NCBI RefSeq assembly: GCF_022539665.2
Contig: NC_081331.1
Coordinates: 5,952,001-6,016,000, forward strand
Direction: 5' to 3'
Length of the DNA: 64,000 nt
Source of the DNA: Daphnia carinata
Taxonomy: Eukaryota
Part shown: in pieces, positions 1 through 13,102 of the stretch
Layout: every line of letters begins with the position of its first letter
Numbering within the stretch: the stretch's first letter is position 1
Translations under genes and position numbers: made by a program
Notes under the pieces: generated by a model
Seen by the model: only the letters and a program-made list of their open reading frames with translations
The model's database searches: none
Told to the model about the DNA's origin: nothing

Positions 1-1654
1 AAACGTCTTTGATACAACTTGTTTTAAGTTTGCTTTAAAACAGCCGTTACTTATTTTCCATATGATGCACACATCATTTCTATACATCCAGGTAGTCATT
101 ATCGTATTCAGGTTGTGACGGGGTTCTATATTTCCCCATAACAAAAAATTTTCAGGATGTTAACGACCATTACGCCATTATCCAACATCCCACATGTATT
201 ATGTTATCAGGGATCTTAAAAACTTGAATAAGCTCGTTTTCCCGTTGGACTCATCCGTTTTTTTGTCTCTCCACAAATACATCTAGAGCAGGTTTCCCGA
301 TGGAAAGATGCACTTAGACCAAGACAAGGACAATTAAGATTAGTCCTTTATATGTAAGTATATATTTACCGTTTGGTTGAACGTGGATTGCTGTGGTTTT
401 TCGTCATAAAGTCCGTCTTTTCGCCGGGGGCTTTCCAATTTACAAAAGTAATGTGATTTGACAAGAAGATGGATAAAAAATAGCAACCGGGCTAGGTCAG
501 TAACCTTCAGTGGGCAAATCGTCAATCATCAGCACGACAGCTAGGTTTAAAATTTCAAAGAAAAAGAAAATTAGCTGCAGGGTATGCATGATAGGGATAA
601 CATTTTCCTGCAAGGCAGAAACGCTCTTTAAAAAAAAAACTAGGCAGGAAGTGATGGTTAAAAAGATATCCATACTAGAAGCGACCTGGAAGAGGACAAC
701 GACCTCGAACGTGTACGCTATACGGTATACTGGATCTTTCAACGCAGAGTGGTCAGTTAGCTGTTGTCAATCTTTTCTTTCTTTGAATTTCAACACATTT
801 TTGTTTCCTAAACCATCTAGAAAATACAAGGGAACACAAACTTGACTACTCTGTCTCCATCCTTTTTTCTCACTACGTTATCGAAGTAAGCTATCACCAA
901 TGACGACCGTCGGAGTCATTAGACGGAAAGAAACGACAACGATAATCGAGATGGTGGATTGTGTTTCAAGATGCCCTAATAAACGGTGATGAGAAAACAA
1001 GTTACATTTCTTCCGTGAAACCTATGCAAAGCCAAAAGTATTCTGATGAAAACCTTGATGAACTGTGTCTGACCTTAATTACATGTGTCGACCTTTATGA
1101 TGTATTGCACTCGGCAAATGATCTCGATTTGGCACACCGTGTGATAACTGAGATCCGCAAAATTTTTTAAGGCACGTTTACGCGTAAGATTGTGAGACGT
1201 TGTTGTACTTACGACTCTTGAACTTTGGCAACAACCTTTCTTGCCCAAAGTGCTGCTGGCATCGGAACAAAGGAATCCCCGTCGTTAGCTGTTGGTAAGG
1301 ATGTTACAACAATACTCAACATACGGAAACCTGTACTCAATTGAGGTGTTTCGTTAATGATATAAAGCGTTCTTTCATCGTGCTCATATATCCTAAAGAA
1401 TATACGGTTACATTATTGTGGTACAGAGAGGCAGCCTTTACGCTGGGGATGCTAAGTACCATTGAATAATATGAGCTTACTGCTTACTGATACGTCAAAT
1501 AATGTGGCGCGTAGCATGAAAAGAAAATGAACGTATAACAAAATGTGTATGTTTACAAAGAATTTTATTGGTATTTACAAAAAAAAAGGAGACAAAATTG
1601 TGACTTGCCGAAAATCATGAAACATCAAAAATTTTAACAGGAAAGCATTCAGAA

Positions 1655-1862
1655 AAGGAAGAATATGTACAGAAGATAAAATTTCAAGCTTGCTCTGAAT
1701 TTACAAAGCCGAAATGCAATATGTACAAGAAAATTTTGATGAACTGGTTTTGCTGTGAATGTAGCAAAGAAAGTACAAAACCGAAGGGGAGTACTATATA
1801 CAAGGAATTTTGGGAAACAAGACTTACAAAACCGAAAGGGAATATGTACAAGACAATTTTGG
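1655..1862. repeat. Degenerate short tandem repeat (3-4 units) downstream of the orphan ORF
   Basis: Recurring TACAAA(A/G)CCGAA...AATATGTACAAGA.AATTTTG units at about 1701, 1774 and 1823, with a partial unit at about 1661. Confidence 0.55.
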
Positions 1863-1922
1863 TTTACGGTTTCTGCTCAGATATTGGGAAAGAGAACAAA
1901 AAGGCTCTACTAGCCGATTTTT

Positions 1923-3554
1923 CTACGACGACTGCCCTTTTAGGCTGAGTTTCAGTCGCACGAGATATCGTCGTTGGAAGCTGATATTCCAGCACGTCTT
2001 GTTCGGCCAATAAGCAACATCCTCGGCTGCAACGGCAGAAAGTTCCTCGAGAGACATAGCAGCTAAATCGCCAGATCGATCTCGAACCGGAGCAACAGGA
2101 AGCTCCTGTTGGCTGGAAACCGGGGTAGGCTCCTCACAAGCGGGAACGTCAGCCGATTTGATAGGGACAGATTCTGAGTTCGACCGGGCCGCGGCATCCT
2201 CGTCAGTGGCAGTAACAACGGGCTCAGAGGTCGAACCGACATTGCTGGATGCTTGCTGTTCCATGGCCGCCCTTTCTTCCCTCTCCTTCGCTCTTTTGGC
2301 CAGTCTACGCTGGTAGGACGCATTCCACAATGCTTTTTGTGGTCTCCTTATACGACTTGGACGAGCAGGAGCACCTGGGACCGCGTTAGCAACGTCATCA
2401 ACCAACTGTCCACCTGCAGGAACAAGAACATCCTCGACAAGCTCGTGCCGGGTGGAAGAGACAGGATGTTCTGTACAGGCTTCATCAGCAGTTGGCTCAG
2501 GCAATGAGACCTCTTTGACGAAATCGCACACTTGGTCCACAGATGGTGAAGTATCCTGGTTAACAATGACGGCAACGGGATCGACAATGGAGTCCGCTGC
2601 ACAAGGATCTTGCACAGCGTCCAACGATGGTGCCCAGCTTGGCTCCTCATCCAAATCGCCAATTGCAGCTTCCGGAACGACCACCACTTTCCCATGGTCC
2701 TCGAGAGACATAACAGCTACATCACCAGGTCCATCTTGAACGGGAGCAACAGTAAGCTCCTGTTGGCTGGAAACGGGGGTAGGCTCCTCACTAGCGGGAA
2801 CATCAGCCGATTCAATGGAGACAGAGTCGGGGTTCGCTCGGGCCGTGGCATCCTCGTCGGTGGCAGTAACAACGGTCTCAGAGGTCGAACCGACGTTGCT
2901 GGATGCTTGCTGTTCCATGGCCGCCACTTCTTCCCTCTCCTTCGCTCTTCTGGCCAGTCTACGCTGGTAGGAGGCATTCCACAATGCCTTTTGTGGTCTC
3001 CTTATACGACTTGGACGAGCAGGAGCATTTGGGACAGCGTTAGCAACGTCATCAACCAACTGTCCGCCTGCAGGAACAAGAACATCCTCGACAAGCTCGT
3101 GCCGGGTGGAAGAGACAGGATGTTCTGCACAGGCTTCATCAGCAGTTGGCTCAGGCAATGAGACCTCTTTGACGGAATCGCACGCTTGGTCCAGAGATGG
3201 TGATGTATCCTCGTTAACAATGACGACAACAAGATCGGCGATGGCGTCCGCTGCACAAGGATCTTGCACAGCGTTCAACGATGGTGCACAGCTTGGCTCC
3301 TCTTCCAAATCGCCAACTGCAGCTTCCGGAACGTCCACTACTTTCTCGTTATCTTCGAGAGGCACGTTGTTAACCTCATACACTGCCGGACAATCTTCCG
3401 GTAATGTGGCGTCAATCGAAACAACCTTTCCTTGCACGATGCGCGCATTCAGTTTAGCATAGGCTTTCCATCCTAGCCATCCGATCGCAACGGCACCTGC
3501 TCCAAAGGCCACTACACTGATCACATTAGATGATAGTTTCACAGATGAAGACAT
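1923..3554 (-). CDS. Intronless orphan protein (~543 aa) with N-terminal hydrophobic anchor and internal 218-aa duplication; acidic and low-complexity
   Basis: Long ORF 1923..3680; first ATG at 3552-3554 (MSSSVKLSSN...). Hydrophobic stretch VISVVAFGAGAVAIGWLGW is followed by basic residues. The frame is preserved across both diverged repeat copies. Family not recognised. Confidence 0.7.
   Translation of the reverse strand: MSSSVKLSSNVISVVAFGAGAVAIGWLGWKAYAKLNARIVQGKVVSIDATLPEDCPAVYEVNNVPLEDNEKVVDVPEAAVGDLEEEPSCAPSLNAVQDPCAADAIADLVVVIVNEDTSPSLDQACDSVKEVSLPEPTADEACAEHPVSSTRHELVEDVLVPAGGQLVDDVANAVPNAPARPSRIRRPQKALWNASYQRRLARRAKEREEVAAMEQQASSNVGSTSETVVTATDEDATARANPDSVSIESADVPASEEPTPVSSQQELTVAPVQDGPGDVAVMSLEDHGKVVVVPEAAIGDLDEEPSWAPSLDAVQDPCAADSIVDPVAVIVNQDTSPSVDQVCDFVKEVSLPEPTADEACTEHPVSSTRHELVEDVLVPAGGQLVDDVANAVPGAPARPSRIRRPQKALWNASYQRRLAKRAKEREERAAMEQQASSNVGSTSEPVVTATDEDAAARSNSESVPIKSADVPACEEPTPVSSQQELPVAPVRDRSGDLAAMSLEELSAVAAEDVAYWPNKTCWNISFQRRYLVRLKLSLKGQSS
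2047..3360. repeat. Two-copy 654-bp coding tandem duplication
   Basis: TCGAGAGACATA at 2047 and 2701; GGTCTCCTTATACGAC at 2341 and 2995. The offset is 654 nt = 218 codons. Confidence 0.95.
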
Positions 3555-6500
3555 CTTGGAAAAGACAATGAATGCTTTGATTGCTGACTGCAAAAAAAAC
3601 TTGTACGAAATTTGCCATTTCCGATGCCTGCTTATGTGCGTAGGGGGACACACGACGTGTCCATCATAGTGGAGATTCACGGCTTGAGATGAATTTTAAA
3701 TCATTTCCAGAAACAATTTAACAATAAAAATGATTGATTTGAAATTTACTTAATTAATCACATCTTATTCATTAGTTTTAATGTTTTAATTGTAAGACCA
3801 ACATTTTAAAAAAATTTACAATATCTTTCGAGCACGGTAGCAGACGGACATTCGGCAACATCAAATCCCGATTGCGCGGAATAATTTTGAATTTTGAATT
3901 TTCGACCGTTGGCGATCATCAACTGACATTTATAATTTTAAAATGAGTAACTACACATCTTTAACCGATATTTTTTATCACGCCACGGAGATCCTAGCAG
4001 TTAGAATCTTACCGTATTTAACGGTTTTGACTGCGTCTATGTAAACCCAAACAGGTTTTCTATTTATATTTTCCATAAACGCCTTTTCGATAACGCAGAT
4101 GTTAGCTATGATTATAAAAAATTTCTGCCAATAATTTTTGGATTGCCATTGAACGAATATACCGTTTCACCTTGGTACGCCTCCCAATGCGGGCGCAGCA
4201 ATCTGCGGGTGTTTTGAATACAATTAATTTTAGTCTCTACTTTCTGACACACTCGGAACCGTTAAGATTTTGAGAAAAGATCGTACGTAAGCGTCAAGGA
4301 CTTAGAGAAAGTGTTGGATCTCCCTTTCTCCCTGAACACTGTAATTCTTCAACATGCCTTCGAATTAGCATGTCTGTGTCTTGTTCTAGCCGGCCAGTGG
4401 TCATACAAAAGATACCCCTCATCATCGTAAAAGTGAGTAAAACTAAATATAGAGAAAGTGTAGTGGGAACAGGGTGGTAGAGGAAAAACGAAGACTGTAA
4501 CTTTCCGTTTCGTAAGGGGCGCCAATGAGTCGCCTAGTCGGTCTTACATGGTCAGGGTTCTTAAAGAGGTACACGTTGTATTTGCTTGTCCGATAGGTAA
4601 CAAAAAGAATGGTTGTCGTAGAGTTAGAGGGAGGAAGCATATAACCGTACACCCTTTTCTCTTCGTCTAAGGAACCCTCTGAAAAGAGAAAAGACTTAAA
4701 ACTGTTCCAATACAGATAAATAGAAAGAAAGGAATAGGGGAGATGGGGGAGTGGGATAGCTACGGAGAAAGAAGATTTAAATGCCTTCACTTTCTCCGGT
4801 TGGTCACTTTCGCCTCGTTTAGATATGTTTCCCTTTTCTCCGCCTTAGTTGAACGATTCCCCTTTATTTATTCTATACCCCCTTCTGCTTGGAAAAATTC
4901 TTGAACAAAATTTCCTTTTTATAACAATAACCAAGCAACCAAGAAAAATGGCTTTAAAGTTCTCTAGTAATGTTTTCCAATGTTTAAAATTTCTTCGAGC
5001 AGAGAAGATTGCTTAGTGTAACAGAGAAAATTCGGCAACAAAACAACGCAGGTAATGGCGTCATTCTTCGTTGTCTTTCTCTGTGCAATCAAAACTCTTA
5101 GTTAAAAAGAGTAATTTGATGGTCACACAAAAAAGATTACTTCCCAGCAGCTGACAGTGTTTTTTTCCCACACATTTAAATATCTCACTTCTGGGTATTG
5201 CTTTCACGCAAAGATATATGGTGACAAGTGGTAAAACAATAGTTAGTTAACAGCTCAACGGTGTCTGTTCCACACTAACGTTTGTACACATTCATATCCT
5301 TAACTTCTTTCTTCGTTTTCTTATGAAAGTATTTATCTTCCTAATTTTTGGAAAGGGAAAAGAAACACAAACTTGTTTGGATCAACATTGTCAGTCACCA
5401 CACACGTTCAACTTTTGCACCAAACTAAATCTCTAACGGCACTTCAAGGACGTTTAGCAAACGTCGACTTTCTGCTTGGCAATGACGAAGCAAAATTTTT
5501 GAGTGTTCGTCGTCACAAAACATCTAACAGTACGTATTCTCAACGGATTCGGTGACGGACTTGATTGAACGACCAAGCCACAATATAACGAACAAAAAAA
5601 ACAAAAACTGGACGAACGGTCCCCTTTCTCCAATTTCTGATTAAGCGTCCCGGAAATAAATCAAACTGGCCTCACCATTTGTCGGGGAAAAAAAAGATAG
5701 CGGTAAACGAAGGAAAGCAACGGTCAAATTCATTGTGGAAACATGATTTCTAAACACGAACAACTGAAAAAAATTCCCAAGTTTGTGATCACGTCCCCCA
5801 ATTTTCTCCGGCTTCCTCGCCTTCCAGCTTGTTCGTTTTCCGATTAGAAACACACCACTTTCACTACGGGCTTTTAATCTAACGCGTGAACGTAACTGCG
5901 TCGACTCTACGTGGTTTTGTTACATCGTACGCTATTGTAGCGGCTCACTGTTCTTCCCTTTTTTTTCTCTCTCTCTCTTTCTCTTGTTTTCTTTCTACGT
6001 ACTCTGGGCACAGCTGGTGGCGTGACATTGTTGGTCGATTCTCATAGGCCTGTTGAACAGAGATATTACACACAGAGCACACATATATAGAGAAAACGAA
6101 TGTAAAATGGTCCACCAGCGAGAACAATGCGTCAGGGGTATAATCACAAATGGATAGAAAGTCGGTTGAAATGAAAAGTATAACGTTCCCAACAAGGAAA
6201 TGGAAGAGTATATGATCCAGCTTTCCAAAATGTAAAATATCACGTATCAATATAATCGACAGGCAAATCTGAATGAAACACACGTTATGCGACTGCCTCC
6301 ATTTTTATTGCACGGTTGGTTTATCATCAACTCAAAAAGATCATATAAAATTCAAATGTATCTCTCTTATCAAACAATCAAACTTTCGTTTACAACGAGA
6401 AATTTTTTTTTTCAACCTGTCAGCATTGGCGGCTTCTCTCCGCCGAAAGCCATCAGCGAACGGGAATAGGGAACGATGGCATCGATGTCAAGTCATTCCC

Positions 6501-9500
6501 GCACGACATTTTTTTTTTTTTCGCTTTCATTTTGTCATTATAAAATGCAACATATTATAACGTCATATTTGTGCGCTGATAATCAAACTGGAGAATTTCC
6601 TGCCGCTTATCAATGGCAGGAAATGTGGATGATTGAGCTGTTGGTAGTGAAAGCTATCGGGCACTTGTTATTGTCTGTTGAGGCACAAAAGGAACCTGTC
6701 TTTTAGAACCGACTTTCCCCTGAAGACTCTTTTCGGCCCTTCGTCTATGTGATTGTCGTGGAAAAACACGTGTCCCGCACACGTATGTACACAATGCCGA
6801 GGCATTCAATTGACTAAGTCATACACGTTTAAGCTCAGCAGGCAGTTCATGAGCAACTGCCTTTTAAATATTCAAATTGAAATACACAAGGACCTGTTTC
6901 TGATGGTAACCAACCGAAATTTAGTTAAATGGGTTTTCAAGTCGTGAATAATGAGGACTCATCGCCATTCGACAGAGTGAAGAAGATAGAAATGATAAGA
7001 GCTTTAAAAGAATTAAAAAGAAAAAGAATGATGACCTACTGCGGGAGTGCTGACGGCACTTTAAGTGGTACTAAGGAAACACCCTAGTCATATAATGCTC
7101 CATTTAGAAAAAAAAATGATAAGAAACATTTTTTTTCCCGTAAACAGAACGACATATTTTAAGGAAAAAAAAAAAGGAAATAGTGACAAAAATGGAGACG
7201 GAAAGAAACAAGAATGAATACATTTAACACGCCCGGTGTGTAGTATCTGTAGGGCGTCACCGAAAATCATCAAAACCCACCGTCATTACGTGTCTTTAAA
7301 TTAATGTAATCTCTTTCCGTATATGTGCCTCACCTTAAACTTCTTCCTCATCGACGGCTGTACCCTTTGAATGAGCCATCGTTCTACATCGATTTCCTTT
7401 TTCCGGCTTCTTTCCCAATAAAAAAGATATTATTGATGTTTTTGTTTTTTTGAGAACACGGTACAATCACTTTTCGAAATTTTCTTTGGATTTTCCTTGA
7501 TCTTTTTATTGTTTCTTTTTCGTTTGTTACAGTGATGAAAAAAAAATCACAGAACTGATGTACCGCAAGGCAGCAACCAGTCGCTCAGTATTATATAAGC
7601 GTACACGAAAGAAAGAGAAAAGTAAAGCGGGTCAACCAGGTACAACAACAGAAATTTGAAAACAAAACAAAAAACGACGGACAGCGACGAAGGCTATGAA
7701 CGCGTTTCTTGCCGGCGTCGACTTCCTATACTAGAATTTCCTGAATTTGCGTCGATGACGCTGACACAGCTCGCTTGTCGTTTCTCGTTCCAGTATCTCC
7801 TCTTCTTTTGTTTTTTTTTCAATTTTGGTCAATCGAATCGCGAGAAATATGACCTCGTTATGGAAAATCATCGCACGGTTAAATTGCCTTTGAGATGGTT
7901 ACGTTGTTGTGCTTTAATACGGTTTATCATGCTCTACTATACGCTTCTTCGACATTCATTTCTTTTCATCCCTGATTTCCCCTAGAAAGAAAAACCCGTT
8001 TTCTATTGTCCTAGCAAATTTTCAATGGAGGACAATTTTCAAGGGATGTTTCGGTGTTTTCCAGAGAAACAACCTTTTTCAAAAATGCGTTTCAGAGTTT
8101 ACACGATTCGATCCCCACCTTTATATTCCTGTACAGTGAAAATCACTGGAAATGTAGAAACGCCTCGTGTTCAAGCTTTTCTTCCGATGCGAACCCACCC
8201 TCCTTTTTTTTACAGCGCTAATGATTTCCGTGAAAAAGCTATTTAGCAATCGAAAACAACCCCCTCCCACGTATGATGAAAATGTGATTGAACTTTTCTA
8301 ACCTCTTTTTAAAGCTAATTCGATTTTCGAGATTGAAAAGAATTAAAAAGCGGAAATGTCCTGACCCGATGAACGAACGAATATTGATTAATGGGGTGGT
8401 TTAAAACTAAAGAGGAACCAACATCTCTTCCTGATGTCCAGCTCGTAATCTGGGAGAAACGATCACAATTTTTCATGTCCACCTCAACGCGAACAAGAGA
8501 TTTGGTTCAAACCAGCTCGATGTGTGCATAATCAATAGTTGAGACATCCCATTCAATCATCGTGTATGTAAAACAATTTTTTTTTTTAAGTGTGTGTATC
8601 CAAGCTGGTGACGCCGATGCGGCCAGTTGTGTAACATCAAAATGAGGTTGAAAAAAAAAAAGAAGAGAAAAGATATTAGATGAAAAAGGAAAAAAATAAG
8701 AGAGAAATAAATTTTAAAAGGAAAGAAGAAGAGAAAGAGGAGGAGCCTAAATAGAAGATGAAGGAGGTTTTTCTTTTTTTGTTTACACAGAGACTATGTA
8801 GAGTTGCTGTGCTGCCACAGCGCGGCCAAGACAGGCGGGCACCTTGCGCGATCGGGCTGGCGGTGGACCGAAACTTGGGGATCGTGTGTCCCGGTTTCAC
8901 TCAACCGAACTCAGTGAAGCGCCGGCTCTGCCACTGTGCACAAGCAAACGAACACAACGGTGGACTTATTTCACGTCTACTGCAACACATTTCTTTCGTT
9001 CAAAAACAGTTTTATTTTATTTTACGACAGTTGCCGTTTGTTATTGTTTTAATTGTTTGTGGCTGTCGCAGTAAACCATTAGTGTTTCATGCGAGGTGTT
9101 CGCCCCACTTGCCAAAACGACCCGACGTTTGCACCTGTTTGCCAACAACAATCGTATCTCAAACCATTCAACACCTGTAAGTCAATTCGATTGTTTCTTT
9201 TTACATTTATACGAAGCAATTGACGCTGTTGGGAGCTTAGTTAACGTCGTTTTCACGTTGAATGCGAGGAATGAGCAAAGTCCGTCAAGAGCCGAATGCG
9301 GGTCGCGTTCATCGGAGATGAACGTCATCGAACTCACGACCAAAGTAGCCGTAATTGTTCCACATTTATTCGAGACTTTCGGTTGGCAAGGAATTTTGTC
9401 CAGAGTAAAAGTAAAACTCACGAGAACGCACGACGGTACATAGCGGATCTGATTGGGTCAGCCGAGTCGTTTTATTTGCGTGAGCGCTACCGACGACCTA

Positions 9501-12500
9501 CAGCGGATGGAAACAACAAAAAAAAGTACGATAAAGTCCCGTTATGCTCCGAAACTTCAAGGGCGATGTTGTATTTTTAAAAGCGCTACCTGCGTGTACA
9601 TGTATGTGTGTGTAATCATTCTCATTTTCTGCTTGACTGGGTCAAATAAGCTTCTGGACACGATGGCATTGTTCAACTCCATTTTTATTGTAAAGATGCA
9701 CTATTTTGGCCACTTGTAGGCCGCGTAGATGGCCTTGCTGGTCAACGTGTTGGTTTATAAGCCGAAGCGCTTTAAAACAAAAAACAAAAAAAACTATACC
9801 ACACACGCAACACGAAATGTTCCAGAAGCGTTGTTGGTCATTTCTCGTGGTCAATTACACATCAACAAGTAGCGACAAACGACAAGTGTACGCGTCTGTG
9901 TCGATAATGTCTTCACGGAAGCAGTTGGTGTTTGTTTTTTGTACAACGGGCCATCGGACACGTTAGCTGACCGAACTCTGCGGAATGAAAGAGCAGACGA
10001 CCCGCTGAAAGAGTTTCATGTCCTTCTTTTGAATGAGTCTGTTGTAATGAAATAGCTTCCTGTTTGATCGTTCTTTTATATTTATGGAATTGAAAGAGGG
10101 AATACATAGGGATGGTCATACCAGAGGCACTTGGCCATCGGGATGGCATAACAGAAAAGAAAAAAATATGTTCAGAATCAGCTTGGAATTTGTGAAAAGA
10201 ATTGGATTGAGTCGCGATGTGTGGCCTGGATTGTACAGCAAAGGATTGCAGATTGGCAACAATGAAAAAGAAAAGTGCAATGATTTTCTTTTGAATTATT
10301 TAATCGGATGGTCTCGATTTCTCGTCATTTGCATTGCAATAGCAGCGTGGTAAGCGTGAGCCCAACAATAATGAACGACCATATCTTTTCTCTTTCCATC
10401 TCCCCCCCTCCATGTTCTTGTTCACGTCGAAAATTCGCAAGATGTGTCGGTACCAATTTAGCCGTTGGCAAAACAAGTTGGCCCAAAGCAAACGATGACG
10501 TCTTTTCTTTTTTTTTTTTTGTTTGGCAAACGCTGCAATTCGCGTTCGACCTGTTCTCGATTATAAAGCCCACCACTACACGCATACACACACCCAAAAC
10601 GCGTGTAAGCCATGCAACTAACCAAATAGATAGTTGGAGGCGAAGAAAGGGCCGGGGTGTCGCTCGGAGAAACCTTGAACCTGAATCTGTTCCACTGATC
10701 CACTTTACGTGTCCATTTTTCTTTCTTTTGTGTTTGTCCTGTTTGTAATCCGATGTGTTTTTTGGCCGTCGTCCAAGGCGAAAACCGTCTTCCGGTGAAC
10801 GTCCTTCCAAAACATTCAGCCAAAGGCTTTTGGTTTCTTTTCGAATTCGCCATTTGATTATTGGAGGGTTTTTATCAATGACCGAAGACTGCAACTGGAT
10901 TCCAGAGCTATACCATATAATCAAAGTCCTTGATTTTTCAATAGCAAAATTGATCGCCATTATTCAGAGCATATCGTTTTATTTTTTCGAATGTGCGGCG
11001 TTGACATGGATTTCCCTGGATGCCAATCAAACGTTTAGCGATGAAGAGAAATCGTGGAAATTGCTTGATGGATTCGCAACGGACATTAATACGCAATTGT
11101 CGGCTACGCCTGATTCCTTATAGCCTTACCGTCAGAATTTGATATTATGCATGGCGCGATTGACGGATTGAGGTTGTTGGGAAAATGGTGCCATCAGTAA
11201 ACGCGGACTGGCCATTATTCTCCTCCTTTTTTTTCCGTTTCACCCACACGAATAAGTGTGCCGATCAAGACGTTTATGGGCGTCCGTTCTCCATACAAGC
11301 CGACACCGGATTTTCACGTCAATGCAGTTAACTTCAAAGACAATCATTGTGCAACAAACACAAAATGCTAACATTCCTTACCCGACTGCCTTGCGAAATT
11401 GTGTTTGCCAACCGAAAAAAATTAAACCAATTTTCATAGATTATTTTTCAATGTTCATCCTTGTTTTTGTAATGATTGGTGCATAGCTGTTATTAGATAT
11501 TATCCAAGGAGACTACGGGACATTTGAAACGCTCGTTTCATGTCAATGAAAAACTCATTTGCACGCGTGTTGAAGGTCTGGTCATCATGCGACATCACGT
11601 ATGACCTCCTTTTTTTCTGTTTACAAAACTCTCTGTAACGTGCTAGAGCAAGGCTTTTTTTCCCCATTCATTACGGAAATAAAACACGCACAAGCGATGA
11701 AGCTGCGTGCAGTTGACGACCTAGTCCGTGATTACCTCTCCTATGCATTCAAAACAACCCAGTTTTTTATTACTCGTCTTTAGGTCATCGCCTTGTTGAA
11801 ATCGCCTTTCGAATTTCCATTTTGGTTGGCAATTAGTAATGACGTACAAAGTGCCCAGATCGTCCGTGTTTGGGCATCCGCGGCAGCTGTTAATATTAAT
11901 TGATTCCAGGTGTGTTTTCCCTATTCTATAGCTCTTTGTCTTAATTGGGCAATATTCATTGATTTCTCGTTAACAAAAAAAAAAAGCTATAGGGATTATC
12001 TATAGTAATGATGGCTGTCGTAATGTTGTGGTCCAAATAGTCCCACCAATGTCATTAAAAAAAAATTTTCTTCCTGCTACTGGAATTCACGTCCCTCGAG
12101 CGAAGGGGGGAAAATTTTTTTCAAAGGAATTTCCAAAATCTTCTCGTATTGCGTCACAGTAAATTGATCGCGTGCGGTTTCCACTTAGCAAATGTCGTGC
12201 TGGGCAAAACCAGACAAATCGTTGATTTATGGATTTTTGTCAGTGCAAAAAAGAAAAGAAAAATTCCCATAGTGTGTAACTAACATCAAACTTTCTTCTC
12301 GATACGCCGATCGACGCAAATCAACCAAACGTAATAGCAGTGAGAAAAGGAAATCATTTACATACGTGAGAAGTGTGTACTATCATTGAATAACGCCCAA
12401 TAGTCAAAGGTATACCCTTTCTTTTTCTAGCGTGTGCGTTTGAATAGCTCAGCCATTTCCTGTCAAATAATGTGTCTGGAACATAATACAATTCATAGCT

Positions 12501-13102
12501 TCGTTTCGTGTTTGGCTATATTGTATGTGTGCTACATTTTCCCATCCGTCAAAAATATCTATAAGCTTCACAATAGCTATGCGCACACGCTACTTAGGGC
12601 GTTCGGTTTTCTTGCGGTTGGCCATCAGCTCAAGTGGACCGGAATTGATTCATCGTATTTTCTCTATTTTTTCTTGGAGGAAAACCCTTTAGAAATGTTA
12701 ATCTCTTGGTACAATTCTTGTTACTTACAGTCTCTTTATTATTTGTTTTTTTTTTAGGTTTTATTCTCTTCTAGATCGGATACCCAAACAGAGAACATCA
12801 ACTGTCAATCAATCATCGGTACTAACTCACTCGTTTTAGTCTACTTGATGAGCCGACCATGAAGCTTCCATTTCGATGTAAAAACTAACAGCCGTCAATG
12901 AGGAATCGCCGACTGTTTGAAAATTAATTTACGATCCTAGTTGCGAATTCAAAAGATATTGCTAGTGAATTGCACCGACGTTCCCAGTGTCCCTCGCAAG
13001 AAAGAAGTACCCGGTCGTCGACCTTGCCACAACAGACACCAACGAACTCAAAAGGAAAATAAAAAAATGACTAACGGTGAAGTCTGTCGCTCAATTCTCA
13101 AG

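Noticed and set aside
2063..3462. Several overlapping ORFs on both strands of the duplicated region
   Set aside because: Shadow frames of the long minus-strand ORF, duplicated only because of the 654-bp repeat.
8676..11486. Multiple 100-211 aa ORFs in the track
   Set aside because: Translations are dominated by poly-A/T runs, with no domain motifs and no consistent exon chain.
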